64,000 nucleotides of DNA, from contig JAPMXV010000037.1 of the NCBI GenBank assembly GCA_026936335.1, positions 186,001 to 250,000 of the forward strand. Reading direction: 5' to 3'. Below the pieces are notes generated by a model. It did not search any database. It was not told the origin of the DNA and saw only the letters and a program-made list of their open reading frames with translations. Each line of letters starts with the position of its first letter. Position 1 is the first letter of the stretch. Shown piece after piece: positions 62,681 through 64,000 of the stretch. The DNA comes from Mantamonas sphyraenae STR306 (lineage: Eukaryota; Protista; CRuMs). Made by a program: the position numbers and the translations under genes.

Positions 62681-64000
62681 TTACTCATGCTCATCAACCA
62701 CAATGCGCACCACACTGCCTGTGGAATCACCATCCTCATCACCATCATCGTCTTCGCTCACCTCGGAGTTGCTTCCGACACTGGCCACATCCGATGCACC
62801 CCCTGCACCGGCACGCAACCCAGCCACCTCGAGGCGATCTCTGTCACGTTGCATCTCCTCCTGTTGCTCCTGGTGCCGTCTACGGTCGGTGTGGGAGACG
62901 CTGCTGCTCCTTCCTTGGGCAGCCATGGCGTTCGTCAGCGCCATGTCCTTGACAAAGTAGTCCACACGGGCCAGGTTGCTCAAAGCCACCGCACTGTCCG
63001 AGTGGTCCACAATGGTGGAGGACTGTTCGTCCACAAGGCGAGCCAGAGAGGTCAGCTGGACGTCGTCCTGCGCCCTGCGTTCCTGATGACCCCCCGCACA
63101 CACCGCACACACCACAGCGCCACGCTGCTCCTGGAACTGGGTGCACTGTGCACACAGACTATGTCCACAGGGCCACAGCACCTTGACCCCGTCTGCCATC
63201 AGCTGCGCGCAGTGCGGACACACCAGCTCTTCGCTCACCACCACCAGCACCTTGTCCACCGCGTGCGACAAACTCAAGTGGTCTCTCACCTTTCGCAACA
63301 GGCCCACACTGTAACTCAACTCGTCACGCACCGCCTGCTGCAACTCTCCAATCTCTGCCTCCTTCTCGGCCAACACCTTGTCAAAGTATCGCCGTGTTTC
63401 CTTCACACTCGTTGCCTGCCCACTCGCCTTGGCTGCCTCTGCCTCCGCCCTCTTCTTCGACTCCTGCTTGACCCTCCTCTTGAGCCGGTCCACCTCTCGC
63501 TTCAACTCCTTCATCTCCTCCTCCGTCTCCCTGTTGCTGCTGCTGCTCCCTGCACCGGCCCCCGTCGACACGGGGTAATCAGAGAACCGACGTTGCAGCC
63601 TGCGTGTCCCTCCTGCTGCCATGGGCGACGGCGATCGTGGCGATGCCGGCGACCCGGATCCCGAACCGGAACGATTGCGCTGCAATGCAGACGATGACGA
63701 CGACGGCCGTCGCTGCAACGGCGTACGTGGCGATCCACTGCTGCTTCCCCTGTGTTGACTCCCACTCGTGGTGCTGTGTGTGTCGTACGCCTCCAGCAGT
63801 GCCTGTTGCATGTCCGCACACCGTTCTTCCAGCTGTTTGTTGTCTTGCTCCAGCTGAGCAATCTGCACCTCGAATTGCTCCTGCAGAGTGCTCGTCTTGA
63901 GTTTGTGCATCCTTTCCATCTCCTCCATGCTCTCTTGCACCCACAGCGTGTGTTTGGTCAGTTTCTGTTGGAACAGTGACGCCACCTTGTGTGTGCGCGA
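62681..64000 (-). CDS. Coiled-coil protein with C3HC4 RING finger; 5' end outside window
   Basis: Long heptad-rich region then CPHC..PCGHSLCAQC..CAVC. Confidence 0.8.
   Translation of the reverse strand, partial: SRTHKVASLFQQKLTKHTLWVQESMEEMERMHKLKTSTLQEQFEVQIAQLEQDNKQLEERCADMQQALLEAYDTHSTTSGSQHRGSSSGSPRTPLQRRPSSSSSALQRNRSGSGSGSPASPRSPSPMAAGGTRRLQRRFSDYPVSTGAGAGSSSSNRETEEEMKELKREVDRLKRRVKQESKKRAEAEAAKASGQATSVKETRRYFDKVLAEKEAEIGELQQAVRDELSYSVGLLRKVRDHLSLSHAVDKVLVVVSEELVCPHCAQLMADGVKVLWPCGHSLCAQCTQFQEQRGAVVCAVCAGGHQERRAQDDVQLTSLARLVDEQSSTIVDHSDSAVALSNLARVDYFVKDMALTNAMAAQGRSSSVSHTDRRRHQEQQEEMQRDRDRLEVAGLRAGAGGASDVASVGSNSEVSEDDDGDEDGDSTGSVVRIVVDEHE

Overview
Gene-dense (~36 genes in 64 kb), GC-rich, intron-containing nuclear DNA from a compact-genome eukaryote. 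It is probably a flagellated heterotrophic protist (beta-tubulin, CDK20, MEIG1, 3R-MYB, PLK, FLCN); the species cannot be named from the sequence alone. The genetic code is standard, introns are short GT-AG and often CA-rich, and intergenic spacers are tiny. The main structural feature is a ~2.35 kb inverted duplication (15254-17602 / 29799-32142) carrying a beta-tubulin gene plus ~750 bp of upstream DNA and flanking a 12.2 kb six-gene segment. Best leads: (1) a putative G2/M cis-regulatory code, with clustered MYB3R/MSA-like AACGG, E2F and CHR motifs upstream of both tubulins, inside both PLK introns and around the 3R-MYB gene; (2) TMLHE and BBOX1 (first and last steps of carnitine synthesis) ~9 kb apart, with a degenerate SET protein overlapping BBOX1; (3) a soluble-type nucleotidyl cyclase with an N-terminal PH domain; (4) a gustatory-receptor-like multi-TM protein; (5) a 3-exon mitochondrial microprotein missed by the ORF track; (6) a splice donor overlapping the tubulin stop codon. 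About 14 apparent 1-bp frameshifts in conserved genes most likely reflect long-read assembly errors. All family calls come from motif recognition by eye; no database search was run.
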